Source of the DNA: Octopus vulgaris
Taxonomy: Eukaryota
Assembly: GCA_951406725.2 (NCBI GenBank)
Contig: OX597822.1
Coordinates: forward strand, 48,670,001 to 48,734,000
Direction: 5' to 3'
Length of the DNA: 64,000 nt
The position numbers and the translations under genes are program-made. Positions 25,586 through 37,989 of this stretch are shown here, in pieces. The notes beneath the pieces are model-generated. The model was not told where the DNA came from. It did no database searches and was given only the letters and a program-made list of their open reading frames with translations. Each line of letters starts with the position of its first letter. The first letter of the stretch is position 1.

Positions 25586-25625
<40 letters not shown>

Positions 25626-25643
25626 CATCTATCTATCTATTTA

Positions 25644-25706
<63 letters not shown>

Positions 25707-26339
25707 GTTTGTCTGTCTGTCTGCCTATTCACCTATCTATCTAACTATCTATCTTCCCATTTATCTATCTGTCTATCTACCTACCTATCTACCTACATCT
25801 CTCTCTCTCTCTATTTATCTATCTATCTATCTATCCTTCTATAACTTTATCTATCTGCTTGTCTGTCTGACTGTATATCTATCCATCTACCTTATTAATC
25901 AATTGATCCCTCTATGTCTCTGTTCCATTTGTCTGTCTATCTTTCTCTCTATCTATATATCTGTCTGTCTGCTTGTCTGTCAGTCTGTCTCATTCCCATT
26001 TACTTCATCGACTGCTTCACCCCACTCGTACACCTTTTCTTCCCCCCACCCTCTCTTCACTTCTACCTCATACTGCACCTCTCACGGTCGCCCCCACTTA
26101 CCCCGTCTTCCTCCGTATGCGTTCCGCTTCACTTCATCATGCGTAACTTGCATGTCTGTCTGCTAATGCAGACAATGTGTTCGGCGAGGCGTGACGTCGG
26201 CAGGGACACGGCTGAGAGAGAAGAAAGTGATGTGGGTACAGCACTGCTGCTGTGGAGAGTTTATAGAAAGGATGGCGATGGTGGTGTATGCGGAGGAGGG
26301 GAAGGAGAAGGGGAAAGTGACGATGGGAGGGGAAGAGGG

Positions 26340-27258
26340 CTTTAAGTAGGAGGTTAAAGAAAGACAAAGAATGATAAAAACAATTGGAAGAGGAGGCAAA
26401 GAGGAGAGAAGAGAGAGGTGAAGAGAGAGAGAAAGAGAGAGATAGACAGAGGGGAAGTTGGAGAGAGAGAGGGGGAAGAGAATTTGAGTGAGAGAGACAG
26501 AAAGAAAGAGACAGGCAGACAGTGGCGGAGAGAAACTGGTTGAAAGAGAAGAGAGGGAGAGAGGAAGTGTAAGAGAGAGAGAGAGAGAGAGAGAGAATGG
26601 GACAGACAGAGACAGAGTGAAGAGAGAGAGAGAGAGAATGGGACAGACAGAGACAGAGTGAAGACAGATAGAGAGGAAAAGGAAGAGAATGAGAGAGAGA
26701 GAGAAATTTAGACAGAAAGAGAGACAGACACAGACAGAGGAGAGAGAGGGGGAGAAGGAGAAGGAGCCTGACAGGAAGAGAGACCTGCATACAGAGGGGG
26801 AGTTATAAAGATAAAGAGAGGGAGAGAGAGAAACAAAAAGACGCATGAAGAGGGAGAGAAGGAAAGAAAGAAAGAAAGAAACAAACAAACAAACGAAAGA
26901 ACAAGAAGAAAAGAAAGAAGGCGAGAATCAAGACAGAAAGTATGTGGGAATAAATCAAAAATGATTGGAAATGATGAATGAGAAGAATGAAATGATTGAA
27001 GGAAGGAAAAAAGAGAGAGAGAGAGAGAGTGAATGAGTGAGAGAACGATAAAAAGACAAAAAGAACAGGTGAACGAGTGTGAGTGAAGGAGTGGAGAAGG
27101 AGAGAGAAAGAATGAGATATGAGGATTATAAATGAAATATAGAATAAAGGAAAGCGATTGATTGAGAGAAGGAAAGAAACTGAAAGAGGAAAATAATGAA
27201 AAATATATTAGAAAGGGGAAGAATGAAAGTATGGGTGAATGAGAAGAAGTAGAGAAAT

Positions 27259-27294
<36 letters not shown>

Positions 27295-27365
27295 AGAAAG
27301 AAAGACATGAAGAAAAAATGGATGAATGAAAAAATGCGAAAGAAAGAAAGGAAGGAGGAAGAAAG
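26340..27365. repeat. ~1-kb purine-rich (GA)n-type tract
   Basis: Directly visible strand asymmetry. Confidence 0.85.
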
Positions 27366-27407
27366 AATAATTACTTTTGTAAATTAGATTAATACTTCCA
27401 TTGAGTA

Positions 27408-28285
27408 ACTAGGTTAATCCTTCTGTAGTGTATCTAGGTTAATCTTTTAATGTGTATCTGGGTTAATCATTTTGTAGTATATCTAGGTTAATCTTCCTGG
27501 AGTGTATCTACGTTGATCTTTTATTGTATGTCAGGATAAATTTTTTCTGGCGTATCTAGGTTAATATTTCGAGTATCTAGGTTAATCTTTTAGTGTGTAT
27601 CTGGGTTAATCCTTTTGTAGTATATCTAGGTTAATCTTCCTGCAGTGTATCTACGTTGATCTTTTATTGTATGTCAGGATTAATTTTTTCTGGCGTATCT
27701 AGGTTAATATTTCGAGTATCTAGGTTAATCTTTTGTGTATCTGTGTTAATCTTTACCTCGTGCATCTACATTAATCTTTCTGTTGTGTATCTAAGTTAAT
27801 CTTCCTGTAGTTTGTCTACGTTCTTCTTTTATTGTGTGTCTGGGTTAATCTTTTTCTCGTGTAATCTAATGTTAATCTTCCTGTAGTGTACGTTAATCTT
27901 TTATTGTGTAGCAGGGTTAATCTTTTTCTAATGTAATCTAGGTTAATCTTCCTGTAGTGTAAGTTAATCTTTATTGTGTATCTGGGTTAATTTGTTTTTT
28001 TTGTGTATCTGGATTAATCTTTTTCTAGTGTAATCTAGGTTAATCTTCCTGTAGTGTACGTTAATCTTTATTGTGTATCTGGGTTAATTTTTTTTTTGTG
28101 TATCTGGATTAATCTTTTTCAAGTGTAATCTAGGTTAATCTTCCTGTAGTGTACGTTAATCTTCTATTGTGTGTCTGGGTTGATCTTCTTATAGTGTAAT
28201 CTAGGTTAATCTTTCTGTAGTGTATCTGAGTGAATCTTTTTTGTATTGTTGGCAGGTTAATACTTTCTGTAAAAAGGTTAATCTT
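27408..28285. repeat. ~24-bp minisatellite (GTATCTAGGTTAATCTT...) with higher-order repeats
   Basis: Monomer core GGTTAATCTT; 143-bp period at 27430/27573/27716; ~96-bp period after 27930. Confidence 0.9.
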
Positions 28286-28472
28286 TCTTCAAGAGAGTTA
28301 AGAAATTATTATTATTATTATCATTTTTTTTTTGTATAACAATCCTTTTTATAAAGACACTAAGCTTATCTAGCAAGCTAAGTGAAGATATGTTAAAATC
28401 TAAGCTTAAAACGAGGCTTCGGAATGCCATATCTTATCTTTTCCTTGCTTCAGTCATTGGACTGCGACCATA

Positions 28473-28665
28473 CAGTGGTTCTGGATTTTGTAGTATCCGC
28501 ATCAGATTAAAAACCTGGATTTTTTAAGGGCACGGACCAAAAAAGTAAGACGCAAATCAGTTAAATAATAGCTTACTATATTTATAGAAAGAAAACCGTT
28601 GAGGACCACTGGAAGGTTGCTCGAGGGCCGCATGTGGAAGTGGGAACCGTGGTTGAGAACCGCTG
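28473..28665. mobile_element. hAT/Charlie-like MITE
   Basis: CAGTGGTTCT ... TTGAGAACCGCTG termini; no clean TSD. Confidence 0.6.
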
Positions 28666-28807
28666 GTCTAGTCGAACAAATTGATCCTGGTATTTATTTT
28701 TTAAAAACCTGGTGCTTACTCTGTCGTTCTTTTTGCCGGACCATTGAGCTACTGGAACGTAAACTCACTCGGCTTAAAGCAGTGGTGGGGAGACAAATGC
28801 AAGCACA

Positions 28808-28846
<39 letters not shown>

Positions 28847-28922
28847 ACACACACACACACACATTTTCCGTCTACCAAATACACTAACAAGGCATTGATC
28901 GGTTCGGGTCTGTTGAAAAAGA

Positions 28923-29156
28923 GGTAAAATTACAGATTAACACCCGCACGATTTTGACTAAGAAAAAAAAAAAAAAATCGGATTTTTTGCGTGGAATCAA
29001 GTACCCTGACCTCCTAATATGCTGGAAATCCCATATTTTGGTTCGGAATTGGTCCGGAGGGGGGTTAACCCCCCCCCTCCGGAATTTTCACACAAAAAAG
29101 AACTCTGATTTTTTTTTTTAGTGAAAATCGTGCGGGTGTTAATCTGTAATTTTACC
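28923..29156. mobile_element. MITE with 39-bp TIRs and 8-bp TSD (Merlin/IS1016-like)
   Basis: TIR GGTAAAATTACAGATTAACACCCGCACGATTTT(G/C)ACTAA; perfect TSD GAAAAAGA at 28915-28922 and 29157-29164. Confidence 0.85.
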
Positions 29157-29496
29157 GAAAAAGATACTCACCTAGCGTGTCTTAGAGTGGGAATGAACTC
29201 GAAATCACGTGGTTATAAAGCCAACGTCTTTTCTCAACCCCTGCCCATAGGAACCCCTGTTGAGAAACTTGCATCTCTGAAAGAAATAAGATGTGTGGTT
29301 AGCGTGAGGGTAAAAGGTTGTGGAAGCTAGTTTGGAGAGAAGTGAAGAGAGAATTAACCAGGGGGTTGGGGGCTTATCTTTCCGCATCAAGTGGAAGCGT
29401 TTTGGTGTGGAAAGGTCCCTGAGATTTGCTACCCGGTGGCTTGGTCCAGATGCGTAAACCAAGGCGGACTTCACTAAAAGTAGGCAATAGCCAGGT

Positions 29497-29834
29497 CAGG
29501 GGTTCTCAAGGATTTTTTTTTTCTATTGACCCTTTTGATTGCTATTTTATTCATGCTGACCCCCATTGTCATTCGATGTTTTAAAACTAGTTTTATAGAA
29601 GCTTATTTCAAAATTCTTAATTTGCTTTTTCTCATATTAACTTTGTTAAATGTTAGAGAAAGAAACCTAGCTGTTTCTTGCAATACATACCAATACATAC
29701 ATCTGATACAAAACTTTTTCAGGGGTCCCTTAAAATACTAATGCGGATCCCCAATTTACAATGTTGTTCCGTAGACTCCCAAAAATCTTAAATGGACCCT
29801 CAGGGGCCATATGGACTCCGGTTGAAAACCACTG
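29497..29834. mobile_element. hAT/Charlie-like MITE
   Basis: CAGGGGTTCTCAA ... TTGAAAACCACTG. Confidence 0.7.
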
Positions 29835-30036
29835 GGCTAAGATGGTCGTAACAAACCAGGTAACGTTGCAGGACTGGCACCCAGTAAAAAAACAGACAGG
29901 CGGATAGTAGTAGTAGTAGTAGTTGAGACAAGTGTTATGCAATTGTGGGAACAGGCAGACCAGGAAAGTGGTAAACGGGTGTATATGCGTGTGCATGTGA
30001 TTATGCAAGTGTGTATGTATATATATTGTGTGTGTA

Positions 30037-30070
<34 letters not shown>

Positions 30071-30080
<10 letters not shown>

Positions 30081-30450
30081 TATGTTAAGCTGTCGTATGT
30101 CCAAAATTTGGCCAAATGCGTTTGTTTTTATTCAATATTTAATTTTGCTTGCAATAGCCGGTTCTTTTAGTCAAAGTATCGTATCTCCAGCTGCTTCAGA
30201 TGAAAGTTCTCAAAGTGTAGTACAAAGGTTTCAAAAGTATAGTGAATTCAACATACGACAGTTTTGCAAAAATATTTCTGACTGAAAATATCATACATGC
30301 ATGGAGTTACGATTTTATGCACCCAACAAAGTTATTATTGTTAGGCTGAAACTGTTGCTGATGTAAAAAGGAATGGAATGGTGAAACTATTTTTCGTTTC
30401 CTGAAAAAGCAATGTTTTGGACTTACGACACTTTTGCATAATGGCAACGA
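30071..30450 (-). mobile_element. MITE, longer sister of 6264-6499
   Basis: TA-TTGTTGTTATTATG ... CATAATGGCAACGA-TA; internal homology to 6264-6499. Confidence 0.7.
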
Positions 30451-30531
30451 TACACACACACACAGGTGGATGGATGGATACTGGCTAACAAATACATAGA
30501 TGGACAAGTAGACAATCAGAGAGGGAGAGGA

Positions 30532-30562
<31 letters not shown>

Positions 30563-31477
30563 GAGAGCAAAATTCCTGGAATAATACTAACTACTTTTTG
30601 ACCGACATCTACCATCGCTAGTTTCTCGGATTCTAGTTTTATTTTTTTTCTCTTCGTTACTATTAAGTGCAAGTTAAGATTAGACGAGGTAAAGATCTAA
30701 GCAAATTGTTATGAACTCTACACAAATATTGTTTCTGTGTGTGAAAGAGAGAAGACGTTGACAGACGACTCGTTCTCGCCCTTTGGAACGATGTTAATAA
30801 TAAAGCGTAAAATAACGAACTTGATACCAATGTTGAGATAATATAATCAACCAATATGAGATGATACAAAGAAGAAAATCCAAGAAAAAATTATTTTTAA
30901 AGATTTTCCATTATTTTTCAATCATTTCTTTCCTTCCTTTCTCTCTGTAAGATAGCCTTCATGTAGATGGAAAACTAAAAATGAAATAACGTAAGACAAC
31001 TAAACGAGATTAGAAATGAGATGAACTTCAACATCTATAATGTATTTCTGTCTGTCTGTATGTCTGTCTGTCTGTCTGTCTGTGTGTATGTATGTATAAG
31101 CAGGTATGTATGTATTTATAAGTATGTATTGATGTTTTTGTATGTGTGTACGGATGGGTGCACACATTCATGTATGTATATGTATGTATGGATGGATGTA
31201 TGCATGGTTGTATGGAAGAGTATAGATATATGCGTGTATACGTATTTATGGATGTATATATATTTACGTACATATATTTACGTATATATTTACGTATTTA
31301 CATTCGTTTATACATGTATATATAGTGTATGAGATTATATGGATATATATGTACATACATAGATGTATGTAGGTAGGTATATGTATGTGCGTACGTGCGT
31401 ACGTGTGTATAAATATATGCATACATATATATTTAAATATATATATATATATATATGTATATGTATATACATACACC

Positions 31478-31530
31478 GCCGGTACTCCGGTATAGCCACA
31501 CCCTTAGGGATGAAACATGTAAAAGAATAA
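31478..31530 (+). mobile_element. Isolated LINE/SINE-A-type 3' tail
   Basis: GCCGGTACTCCGGTATAGCCACACCCTTAGGGATGAAAC resembles 61808-61846. Confidence 0.45.
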
Positions 31531-32096
31531 ATGTGTATATATATATGTATCTACATATATATATATATGTATATATATGCATGTATATATGTATATATAA
31601 ATGCATATATGTGTGTGTATGTATATATATATATATATATATATGCTGGTGTGAGGGCGTATGAGAATGTAATTGACCCCCCCCCCCCATTACGATCCTC
31701 GATCACGTTGATTTTGATGTATATTTATTTATTTACTGGTTAGATATTTTTTAAGAATAGCTTTGTCGTTGATGAAATCGAACCAAACTCCCTACGCTAT
31801 ACTCATAATAACAAAAGCTGCTGCGTAGACTCCTCCCTGTCTTGTATTTGTATATCGTTGTTTTTCCGTCTGTTGCTACTTATATACATTTGTATATACT
31901 TGTTTCCTCGTCTGTTACGATATGGTTTATAGAAGCAGGCAAGAAAACAACAAGATTTAAAGCAGGGTCAGACCTAGTTTAATAAAGAAAGCCATCTGTG
32001 CACTGCAAAGGGATTGGGATGTTTAAGTATAAACATTTATATGCTCAGTAATTATTCTGATGTTATGCTGTGTTTCTGGAATTTGGAGAAATTTGC

Positions 32097-32486
32097 AAGG
32101 CGCGGATATTGCTGTGTGATTAAGAACTTTGTTTTCCGGTTCAGTCCCACTGCGTAGCACCTTGAGCAAATCAACCAAGGCATTGTGAATGAAATTGGTT
32201 GACGGAAACTGCCTGGAAGTCCGCCTCGTATATGTATGTATGTGTGTGTTTGAAGTGTTTGTGTGCCTGTCTCTCTTTGTGTTCATTCACATCACCACCG
32301 CCACCGCCGCCTCCACCGCCACTTGAAAACCGGTGTTGGCTTGTTCACGTCCCTGTAATTTAGCAGTTCGGCTACAGGAAACGCATAAAATAGCGCCAGA
32401 CTTCTAAATAAATACAAGAATCCCTTTGTTCGACAAAACTTTTCAATACGTTGTTCCAGCATGGCCCGCAACTCAGCGACAGGAAC
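32097..32486 (+). mobile_element. SINE family A, diverged
   Basis: GGTTCAGTCCCACTGCGTAGCACCTTGAGCAA ... CCAGCATGGCC. Confidence 0.75.
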
Positions 32487-32494
32487 GTGTAGAA

Positions 32495-32769
32495 CAGAGG
32501 TTCTCAAACTTTTTGGGCCACCGCCCCCTTCATGGCCACATAATCCCTTCATCGCCCAACGCCCATTTTATATATAAATAAATATTTCATATTTTACTAA
32601 TTTATATATACTATGAATCATTTGATATTTAATATATATTATACAATCCATTGCCTTCCTCCCAACGCCTCCTTTTTCTCTACCGCACCCCACTTAGGCA
32701 CAAGCGCCCATTTGGACTATCTCAACGCCCCACCCCCGGGGGCGGTAGCGCCCACTTTGCGAACCTATG
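32495..32769. mobile_element. hAT/Charlie-like MITE
   Basis: CAGAGGTTCTCAAACT ... ACTTTGCGAACCTATG; partial TSD GTGTAGAA/GTGTGAAG. Confidence 0.7.
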
Positions 32770-33297
32770 GTGTGAAGATAAATGACGAAACAGAAATATA
32801 CTCAACGATTTAGCGATCGTTCAATTGTGGATTTTACTTTCACTTTTGTCATTCTGCAATTTATGTCATTTCTGTTTGTCAACTGGCAAAGAAGTTTCAT
32901 TTTCTTTTCCTGTAGTTGCAACAAAACGTGTGTGTGTGCGTGTGTGTGTGTTTGTGTATGTGAAAGAGTAGTCTAAATACGGATACAGAGAATCGTGCGG
33001 CTGTCACACTAAGCTCCTCCTACGAAATCGGCTATCAGCCCACGTAGTGTGATGTAAAGTGTCCATGTAACTGTAAATCTAGAAAAATCTGAGCGATAAA
33101 TCATTCAGTGATGAGAATGAGTTTATGATGTGTTCATATATAACTCGTTACTAACCCAAACGAGTAGTTGCGCAGAACAAATAACACATGAAGCTGAATA
33201 TGCACACAGAATATACTGCGATGTGTGTGTGTGCATGTGTGTATGCGTGTGTGTGCGTGTGTGTGTATTTGTATGTATGTATGTATATATGTTTGTA

Positions 33298-33347
<50 letters not shown>

Positions 33348-33397
33348 CGTGTGTGTATATATATGTATATATATATATATACTTATATATATATGTT

Positions 33398-33428
<31 letters not shown>

Positions 33429-33459
33429 ATGTGTATATGCGTGTGTGCATTTATATGTG

Positions 33460-33529
<70 letters not shown>

Positions 33530-33709
33530 AAATACAAATGTGCTGCTCCAGCATAGCCGCAGTCAAATGAGTTAAATACGCAAATAACGAGAGCAAAACA
33601 AAAACAAGTAATACAAAAATGACCCACCATCAGTTGTCGGCCGTCAATCTACTCTCTATTTCGAGCACTATATATATATATATATATATATATATGATAT
33701 ATATATATA

Positions 33710-33807
<98 letters not shown>

Positions 33808-33899
33808 ATATATAGAGAAAAAATCCAAACTTACAGGGAAAATTAGATTTAGGATTAAATCCAATTTTATAGTATAAATATATTATATTATATTATATT

Positions 33900-34216
33900 A
33901 AATTAGAGATAAAACCACTATTAGGCAAATCAAACAGTGAAAAACATAAGCCAATACATAAAATTAATTTTAAAATATAAAAGTTAAAAATTAAAAAATT
34001 ATTAAAATAATTTAAACTTATAAATTTTAAATATATATATACAAATATATATATATATATATGTATGTATATTTTTATATTTATATATTATTTTGTTTAT
34101 TAATTAATTAATTAATTTACTTTTTATTTATTTATTTATATTTTTAAATTAATTTTATGTATTGGCTTATGTTTTTCACTGTTTGATTTGCCTAATAGTG
34201 GTTTTATCTCTAATTT
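33900..34216. repeat. Perfect 71-bp inverted repeat in a (TA)n-flanked cassette
   Basis: 33900-33970 is the exact reverse complement of 34146-34216; 175-bp AT-rich spacer. Confidence 0.95.
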
Positions 34217-34217
34217 G

Positions 34218-34270
<53 letters not shown>

Positions 34271-34505
34271 TTAAAAATAGGATAAAATCTTAATAAGAAA
34301 TTATCAGGTAGTTAGCGTGAAAAACCTCATAAGAGAAAAAGTCTGTAAATTTTTTCACTTGAAAATACTTATTTATATTATATAGAGGGCATTATTACAC
34401 ATAAATGCCACACGCTAGGAGGGACTTTTAAAGTCATAACTACCAAAAATAAACAAATCGTACCGAATGCAATTCTCGAAGCGAGACATTTAAAAACAGA
34501 ATTTA

Positions 34506-34569
34506 GTTCCAGATCACCTGTGATTTCGCAATTAACGTATTATCTACGTCTCTTGCTCTTCAGTGAAAC
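34506..34569 (-). ncRNA. Type I hammerhead ribozyme, intact core
   Basis: Minus GUUUCA-CUGAAGA-GCAA(GA GACGUA GAUAA UACGUU AA)UUGC-GAAA-UCAC AG GUGA-UC-UGGAAC; all three stems pair; predicted cleavage after AUC between 34512 and 34511. Confidence 0.88.
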
Positions 34570-34655
34570 GAATTCAAAATATATCATGAATGAACAAAAC
34601 CAACATACCAGGCGGAACCAGACAGACAACCGTCGCCTCCATCGTAGCATATGAA

Positions 34656-34717
<62 letters not shown>

Positions 34718-34830
34718 ATATATATATATTATATTATATATATATATATATATATACATTATATATATATATTATATATATTATATATACTATATATATT
34801 ATATATATATTATATATATTATATATATTA

Positions 34831-34870
<40 letters not shown>

Positions 34871-35148
34871 TATAATATATATATATATTATATATATTTT
34901 ATATAATATATATATTATATATTTTATATATATATAGAATATATATATATATATAGAATAGATATATATATATTATGTATATTATATATATTATATATAT
35001 ATTATATATATTATATATATATTATATATATTATATATATATATTGGTAAAAATGGTAAGACAACAAAAGAATGGAAGAAATCTCGATATTATGTAAATA
35101 GAGGAATTTATTTGTAGAGGTAACATATGACAATTATTCGGTAGCCAT

Positions 35149-35209
35149 GATAAAACTCCGAGTTTCAGATGCCGAGGTGGAAATTCACGCCGCCATCTCT
35201 TCAATTATC
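35149..35209 (-). ncRNA. Type I hammerhead motif, C3U variant
   Basis: Minus GAUAA-UUGAAGA-GAUG...CAUC-U-GAAA-CUC G GAG-UU-UUAUC. Confidence 0.65.
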
Positions 35210-35494
35210 CGGCCATCGGAAAAAATTTTATATATATATATATATATATACACCCCCTACGTGTGTGTGCGCGCGTCTATATCCTTTCAGTGTTTCTCTC
35301 TCTCTCTCTTCTCTCCCTCTCCCTGTATCCAAACCATGCCCAACACCACGTTTGTGTAACAATCCAACAAGGAATATTTAAATATATAACAAATATAGAA
35401 AATAACAGTCTTAAAGAGGTGTAGTTGCAATAAAATATTAAGTTGCTGGAGTTTGAGTATATACATACGAATAAATATTTGTACGGATACATAC

Positions 35495-35542
<48 letters not shown>

Positions 35543-35556
35543 AAGAATATTATTGA

Positions 35557-35599
35557 CAATGACTTCGAAGTTTCGGTCAGTTGAGCCATCGTCTGATTG
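35557..35599 (-). ncRNA. Minimal type I hammerhead motif, U4A variant
   Basis: Minus CAAU-CAGACGA-U-GG...CC-GAAA-CUUCGAAG-UC-AUUG; palindromic stem III. Confidence 0.7.
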
Positions 35600-35730
35600 C
35601 AATACATATGTAGATACAGGGAAGTATGTGCCTGTATGTGTATGCATACATACATACATCCATCCAAACATACATACATACATACATACATACATACATA
35701 CATACATACATACATACATACGTACATACG

Positions 35731-35766
<36 letters not shown>

Positions 35767-35879
35767 TACACACACGAAGTAGCGAGGCGGAGATGGAATC
35801 TCCCGACACAAAATCTTGTCAAGTTAACCGGCGTAACATCAAACTTGCTTAAAAGGTGATCAGACGCATAAAGTTACTT

Positions 35880-36220
35880 TCACTGATGTTATCATTATTA
35901 TTATTATCATTATTATTGAGGATGGTGGTGGTGGTGGTGGTAGTGATGGTGGTAGCCGTGGCTGTTGTTGTACTGATTATTGCTTTTTTTCTTCCTTTTC
36001 ATGTTGATTTTCTTTTTTTGTTTTTTTAATGAACGACACAATTTCGTACTTCAACAATTTACGTTGGAAGCTCTTGGTATTCTTTCTGTTGTTGCTGCTG
36101 TTGTCGTTTTGGCTGCTGCTGTTAATTCTTCTGCTTTTTCTCTTTCTTCTTCTTCTTCTTCTTCTTCTTCTTCTTCTTCTTCTTCTTCTTCTTCTTCTTC
36201 TTCTTCTTCTTCTTCTTCTT

Positions 36221-36258
<38 letters not shown>

Positions 36259-36347
36259 TGTTCTTGTTCTTCTTCTCGTTCTTCTTCTTCTTCTTGTTCT
36301 TCTTCTTGTTCTCCTTCTTCTTCTTCTTCGCCTCCTCCTCCTCCTCT

Positions 36348-36399
<52 letters not shown>

Positions 36400-36442
36400 A
36401 CTGCCACTGCTACTGCTACTACTACTGCTACTACTACTGCTG

Positions 36443-36491
<49 letters not shown>

Positions 36492-37470
36492 CTCCTCTTC
36501 TATCTTTTCTTTTCCTTCTCCCTATTATTATTATTATTATTATTATTATCATCATACTTCGCTTTCTTTATTTCTTCTTTTTCTTCTTCTCCTTCTTCTT
36601 CGTCACCTTCTCCCCTCCCTCTCATCACTATCATTATCATCATCATCATCATCATCATCATCTTTTTCGTCATCTCTCTTTCTCTGTTCCTTCGCCTTTC
36701 CTTTCTTTACTTCATCATCATTGTCGTCTTCATCAGCAACATACTCCCCTCCCGCCTTCCTCTTCGTACTCGTGATCCTCTCCACTTCCTCCTCCTCCTC
36801 ATCGTCGTCGTCGTCATTATCATCATGATCGTCATCGTCATCGTCATCGCCGTCTTTATCAGCTCATCAGCAACCTCCTCCTCCTCCACCACCACCACCA
36901 CCACTTCATCATCATCATCATTACTATCACCATCATCGCTTCCGTCTTCCTCTCCTTCTTACCCCCTACCCTTACCCTTTCCCCTCCTTTCTTACGGTTT
37001 GCTCTTCACAGCAGGAACCTATTCAGAAATCCATCATCACAGAAATCCCATCGTTTTGCCATATTTATTTATCTATTTATTTATTTGTTTATCTATATAT
37101 TTGTTTATTTATTTGTTCTTTCGTTCTCTTCCCCTCTTTTCCTTTCTTTTTCCCTTCTATATTATCTTTTCTTCGTCGTCATCTTTGTTTTTATATCTTC
37201 TTCACAATCATCTGTCTTGGGTTCCTCCTAGCTTCTTTTAATTCTTCCTTTCTCCTCCTCCCCCTCCTCTTCTTCGTCTTCTTCTTCACTGCAAGAAATT
37301 TAACCACCGCCACCACCACCTCCATCACCACCGTCACCACCACCAATTCCACCACCACCTCCATCACCGCCGTCACCACCATTGTTACCACATGGTTTCT
37401 CTATTTGTTGAATCTTTTCCTTCTTTCTCTGCCACGACTATCACCACCGTCATCATCATCATCATCAGAC
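35880..37470. repeat. Compound (TTC)/(CTA)/(CAT)/(CAC) trinucleotide and pyrimidine-rich block
   Basis: Directly visible; source of poly-S/L/R/E ORFs. Confidence 0.9.
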
Positions 37471-37727
37471 ACCCTCCCTCTCGCCCTTACTGTTATTCTA
37501 TAGGAAGTTAGCCAAGCAGAGAAAGAAGGAAAGTTAAAAAAAAACAATGTAAATAAGTAAATAAATAAATAAATAAAGTGTGAAATTGTTTGTAAGGAAA
37601 AGATTCTCTTGTTTCGGATTCTTGTCTTTTCTAAATTTCGAGGGAAAAAAAATGATATATAAAATATGATAAAAAATATTTAAAACGCTTTGTGTTCATA
37701 CACATAGATACACACACACACACACAT

Positions 37728-37958
37728 TGTGTGGTAAGTAGCTTGATTACCAATCACATGGTTCTGGATTCAGTCCCACTGCATGGCACCTTGGGCAAGT
37801 GTTTTCTACAATAGCCACGGGCCGACCAAAGCCTTGTGAGTGGATTTCGTAGACGGAAACTGAAAGAAACCCGTCGTATGTATGTATGTATGTATGTATG
37901 TATGTATGTGTGTGTGTGCGTGCGTGCGTGTGTGTGTGTGTGTGTGTATGTGTGCATG

Positions 37959-37989
<31 letters not shown>

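Larger units (their letters stand above)
28446..29245 (-). mobile_element. SINE family A fragmented by two nested MITEs
   Basis: Tail CAGTCATTGGACTGCGACCAT at 28451, body 28666-28922, head remnant 29157-29245. Confidence 0.7.

Noticed and set aside
27408-28285. CRISPR-like periodic arrays (also 50598-51075, 57960-58600, 60716-61075)
   Set aside because: No unique spacers between identical repeats, no cas genes, eukaryotic context; these are minisatellites
29245-29925. Possible decayed LINE 3' end with a (TAG)n tail around the hAT MITE
   Set aside because: No diagnostic peptide motif could be read with confidence
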